Shown here in pieces: positions 59,944 to 64,000 of a DNA stretch of 64,000 bases. Source of the stretch: an uncultured Gammaproteobacteria bacterium (GTDB taxonomy: Bacteria > Pseudomonadota > Gammaproteobacteria > Steroidobacterales > Steroidobacteraceae). Numbering within the stretch: position 1 is the stretch's first letter; each line of letters starts with the position of its first letter. The translations under genes were made by a program, and so were the position numbers. The notes under the pieces were generated by a model, which had not been told where the DNA came from, searched no databases, and saw only the letters and a list, made by a program, of their open reading frames with translations. Location: NCBI GenBank assembly GCA_963705495.1, contig CAVPJQ010000020.1, forward strand, positions 4,504-68,503. Direction: 5' to 3'.

Positions 59944-62665
59944 ATGCACAAGTCGGCACTCGCGGGGTTAATCAATAGCGCTCTGGTGATAGCAGGACTG
60001 CTGTGGAGTGCGATGTCAGCCCACGCGCAAGGAGCGGCAGCAAGTGAGGCAGTAATAGAAAAGGTCGAGGTGACCGGCATTCGCTACAGCTTGGCGGAAT
60101 CCGTCGGGGCCAAACGCGCTGCGGACATCATCAGCGATTCGATCATGGCTGAAGATATCGGCAAGTTCCCGCAGCAGAATATGGCGGAATCGCTCCAACG
60201 TATCACCGGCGTCCAGATAACGCGGAGCAAGGGCGAGGGACAGTTGGTGAGCGTGCGCGGGCTCGATCCGAAATTCACCCAATTGCTGTACAACGGCCGA
60301 TACCTGCCTGCGGCAAGCGGCTCACGGAATTTCGACTTCACCATTCTTAGCGCGGACTTTGTTAACGCGTTGGAGGTTGCGAAGACGCCTACCGCTGATT
60401 CCCTCGATGGCGGTATCGCGGCGACGATTGATGTCAAGACGGCGCAGCCCCTGGACCTCGGAGGTCGCCGAGCAGTCGTAAACGCTGAAGCTATCCACGA
60501 AAGCAATCCGGACTCTGTCCAGCCCCATCTTTCGGCGTTTTTCTCTGACACCTTTTCGGAGGATCGGGTCGGCCTTGCACTTGGCGTTGACTACAGCAAG
60601 CGCGACCTGCAGGTGGAGAGATTCGAGGCCTTCGGTTTCGAAAATGGCGTCGAAGCGAACCGAGTGCCGCAACTGGACTACAACGTCGACGGTGACTTCA
60701 ACGATACGTTCCGGTTCAACCACGCGTCGAACTACGGCATGGACCTGGGAGACCGGGAGCGCAAGAGCGTGATGGCTTCGCTTCAGTTTCGTCCAAATGA
60801 GGCGTTCGAAGGGCGCGCGGACATTCTGTACTCGGAGTTCGATACTGACGCGCTGTTCCCGGTGAACTCGCATCGCTTCACGAACAATCTCGGGCCGGTC
60901 GTCGGCAGCATCCAGGATGGAAACGGCGCCCTGATTTCCCTGGACTCTGATGGCGTCGATCATCGCAACAACGCAAGAACTGGTCAGGAAGAAGATGAGC
61001 TGAGGGCGTGGGGTTTGGGCGGTACCTATGCCGTGGGCGATTGGACGCTTGATGGCGAGCTGTCCTATGGCAAGTCGAAGCGCAAGATCTCCTCGCTATC
61101 GCTCGAAGTTATCGGGCGAGCCCGCGTTTCCTACGATTTCACCAATGACCCTGCGGGGATACCCGACCTTACGTATCAGCGTGGCTTTGACCAGTTCGAT
61201 GCGAACGACTATCGCGCTATCGGCTTCAACGGTCCGCTCGATGAGCCAACCGAAGATGAAACCCGCGATGTGCGGTTCGACGTCAAGTACAGCATGCACG
61301 GGTGGATGGAGACTCTCGGATTCGGTGCAAGCTGGGGCAAGCGTGAGCATTCGACGGACAGCAACTTCATTCAGGTTGGGGCGCAGGATCTCGCGACGTT
61401 GTTAGGGGTTGCCTTCGACCCGACCATCGAGGGCGGAAGTTTCAACGGTGCGCCGTGGATGCGTGAATTCGGCGATTCCGGCTATTTGTCTGGCTATGAC
61501 GGCGGATCATCGTTCCCGAAGACCTGGTTGTCTGCCGATCCAAACGCTCTGCTCGCGGACATCCCGCTCTCCGAACTCGCCCAGATGTTTCCTCCGGTGC
61601 AGTTTCCGACAGCTGTTTCGAACGTTCAGGAGGACGTGGGTGCCGCATATATCCGCGGCGATTTCAAGCTTGCCGACGGGCGTGTGTCCGGGAACATTGG
61701 ATTGCGTTACGTCCGGACTGACCAAAAGACCTTTGGCTTCGTCCCGGACTTCAGCCAGATCATCTTTGACCAGGGTGGCGCGGTGACCTTTGTACCGGAA
61801 GCTGCACCAACGACAATTGACCGCAGTTACAACAACTGGCTACCCAGTTTGAATCTACGTTTTGGGCTTACGGAAGACTTGATCGCACGCTTCGGGGCGG
61901 CGCGCGTCCTCTCCCGTCCGGATCTGGGCGTAATTACGCCGACGACGGTCGTCAACGCCAATGTCCGCACGATCACCTCCGGCAACCCCAACGTCGATCC
62001 GTACCTGGCGGATCAATTCGATGTTTCGCTGGAATGGTATCTAAATCAGGAGAGCTTGCTGTCACTCGCGTTCTTCTATAAGGACGTGAAGAATTTCATT
62101 GTTTCGACCAGCAGCCTCGAGACTCACACGGTGCAACTGGCGAACGGCGGTGGCACGGTGGATATAGAGTTCACTCATTTCCAACCTGACAACGGTGCGA
62201 ACACGACGCTCAAAGGTGTCGAAGTCAGCTATCAGCAGCCCTTCACATTCCTGCCCGCGCCTTTTGATGGCTTCGGCGTCCTACTCAACTATACGTACAT
62301 TGACGCTGGCGAAATTTCGGTGGTGGCCGGCGGCCCGTCGCTGCCATTGCCCGGGGTGTCGAAGAATAGCTACAACGCAATCGCGTACTACGAGAAGCCG
62401 CGCTTCGGTATGTACCTCGCCTATAACTACAGAGATGACTTCGTCTACGATCAGAGTAGCTATTTCGGCGATGGCGAGTTTGGAGACGACTATGCACAGC
62501 TCGATTTATCCGCGCGCTTCAACTTCACTGACAAGTTCGCATGTGACACTGGGGGTAACCAACCTCACCGACGAACCCCTGATACGCACGGACAATCTCG
62601 GCTATAACCGAGGCTACGAGCTGAACGGACGCCGGACCACCCTGGCGCTGCGCTACGAATTCTAG
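59944..62665 (+). pseudogene. TonB-dependent receptor (glycan/oligosaccharide-type, TIGR01782-like), one frame interruption near the 3' end
   Basis: Signal peptide MHKSALAGLINSALVIAGLLWSAMSAHA. IEKVEVTGIR, ISDSIMAEDIGKFPQQNMAESLQRITGVQI. An extra base near 62541 precedes VTLGVTNLTDEP...TLALRYEF. Confidence 0.85.
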
Positions 62666-62745
62666 TGAGCCTCATTGGTGTCAAGGTTGACTCACATCGA
62701 GGAGATACGGGTTGCGTCTTGACGTGCCTGAAGGACAAATCGCGC

Positions 62746-64000
62746 GTGGCATGGAAAACACTGCTGCTGGGGGCCGCATGTCTAGTTCATGCGGCCCAAT
62801 CGGAAGAGCGGACCATCGCCGCAGGTTCAGCCGAAGGTTCGGCAACAGTGTTTCGCGTGGATGCATCTCATGCTGGCAAGAGCGGCGATCGTGCATTCGC
62901 AACTGTAGGGGAGGCTCTAGAAGCAGCGGCGCAGCTCAAGCGCCAGCGGTCTTCAGCTGCTATCAGAATTGAGATCGCCGCTGGCGACTACTATGTGGCT
63001 GAGTCGCTGAAGATCGGGCCAGAGCTGTCCGGAACAAGCGAGTTACCTACAGAGATTACCGCGGTATCTGTAGCGGGGCCGCGGCTACTTGCAGGCCGCA
63101 AGTTGACGTCGCGATGGCGGCCCTATCGCAATGGCATCATGCAGGCGACTGTCAGCGGCGCATCCTTTGATCAGCTCTTTGTAGATGGAAAGCGCCAGGT
63201 GCGCGCGCGCTATCCCAATTTCGACCCGCAGGCGGTCGTGCTCAATGGCTATGCCGCGGATGCGCTTGCGCCGGAGCGAGTCAAGCGTTGGAAAGATCCA
63301 ACGGGTGGCGTCGTGCACGCGCTGCATGAGAATCGCTGGGGCGGCGTCCAAGTGCCCATCCTCGGCAAGAATCCAGACGGCTCGCTGATTTTCGGCGAAG
63401 GCGTGGGTAACAACCGGCCCTCCAGGCCGCATCCGCAATATAGATACGTCGAGAATATCTTCGAGGAGCTCGACACGGCCGGCGAGTGGTACATGAACGT
63501 CGGTACGTCGACGTTGTACTTCATGCCACCGCGCGATGCGAACTTGCGTGAAGCGACCGTCGAGGTTAGCGGCGTTGCTCGCGTGTTTGACATCCAGGGC
63601 GACAATCAATCGCCCGTGCGCCACGTGCGGATCTCAGGCCTCACGCTCGGTCATACCGGATCATCGTTCCTGCAAAGCACTGAGCCACTGCTGCGCAGCG
63701 ACTGGATGATTGCCCGCGAAGCAGCCATTTACCTCGAGAACACCGAGGACGTGATCGTCTCTGAGAACGAGCTTTCGCAACTGGGTGGCAACGCCATATT
63801 CGTCAGTGGATACAATCGTCGCGCCACGATCAAGGGCAACCACGTCCACGACATCGGCGGCAGCGCGATCAGCTTCGTGGGTCGGCCGCAGGCCGTGCGT
63901 TCACCAAGCTTCCGCTATCAGAACTTCATCACGCTCGAAGAACTTGATCGCACGGTCGGCCCAAAGACGCCCGAATATCCTGCTGATTCGCGCGCCGAGG
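62746..64000 (+). CDS. secreted right-handed parallel beta-helix repeat protein (partial, continues past the window end)
   Basis: Absent from the ORF track because it has no stop in the window. Manual translation from GTG 62746 (AAGGA RBS) gives signal VAWKTLLLGAACLVHA, then FATVGEALEAA...IEIAAGDYYV, NHVHDIGGSAISFVG. Confidence 0.65.
   Translation, partial: MAWKTLLLGAACLVHAAQSEERTIAAGSAEGSATVFRVDASHAGKSGDRAFATVGEALEAAAQLKRQRSSAAIRIEIAAGDYYVAESLKIGPELSGTSELPTEITAVSVAGPRLLAGRKLTSRWRPYRNGIMQATVSGASFDQLFVDGKRQVRARYPNFDPQAVVLNGYAADALAPERVKRWKDPTGGVVHALHENRWGGVQVPILGKNPDGSLIFGEGVGNNRPSRPHPQYRYVENIFEELDTAGEWYMNVGTSTLYFMPPRDANLREATVEVSGVARVFDIQGDNQSPVRHVRISGLTLGHTGSSFLQSTEPLLRSDWMIAREAAIYLENTEDVIVSENELSQLGGNAIFVSGYNRRATIKGNHVHDIGGSAISFVGRPQAVRSPSFRYQNFITLEELDRTVGPKTPEYPADSRAE

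Noticed and set aside
1-64000. Mobile elements, CRISPR arrays, rRNA/tRNA genes and defence systems.
   Set aside because: I found no transposase, integrase, Cas, restriction, helicase-nuclease or toxin-antitoxin-like ORFs, and no spaced direct-repeat arrays. Only the single inverted repeat at 15149-15229 and the 51-nt direct repeat are reported.

Overview
GC-rich (about 65%, falling to about 52-58% after 57 kb) bacterial chromosomal segment. The gene content (many TonB-dependent receptors, a UrcA-family protein, TPR-sulfotransferase) looks proteobacterial, but the exact taxon cannot be determined from the sequence. I support about 55 protein-coding features. I found no rRNA, tRNA, CRISPR array, transposase or integrase.

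Main modules, in order:
- Frameshifted aldose 1-epimerase.
- Cytochrome b plus molybdopterin oxidoreductase pair.
- Three TonB-dependent receptors.
- CadC-like regulator.
- Decayed kdp locus: kdpF, a truncated kdpA fused in frame to a kdpC fragment, kdpB missing.
- Aromatic-catabolic operon: YCII, FAD monooxygenase, hydrolase, VAO/PCMH flavoprotein.
- Two convergent 2-oxoacid dehydrogenase E1 alpha/beta sets sharing one E2.
- Large amine / N-methylamine catabolic supercluster (25-46 kb): two BetI-type TetR regulators (one in a single reading frame with a Rieske oxygenase), an eight-gene translationally coupled operon, an acyl-CoA dehydrogenase, a PotFGHI-type importer and a second Rieske oxygenase. 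The operon encodes an aminotransferase, two CrtI-type flavoproteins, a GcvT-like protein, an ADP-forming CoA ligase, a PuuC-like ALDH, a crotonase and a PuuA-like GS.
- Cluster of Asp beta-hydroxylase, TPR-sulfotransferase, aminotransferase, amidohydrolase and AcuI-like reductase.
- PAP2, DgkA, VOC dioxygenase, CDF transporter, and a TBDR plus beta-helix protein at the right end.

Many genes carry single-base frame interruptions. These are strongly clustered: about eleven in one 2.1-kb gene, and none in adjacent 4-10 kb blocks. I cannot tell real pseudogenes from consensus errors.

The amine supercluster, especially the stand-alone GcvT plus two CrtI-type flavoproteins and the TetR-Rieske fusion, is my best candidate for an undescribed system.
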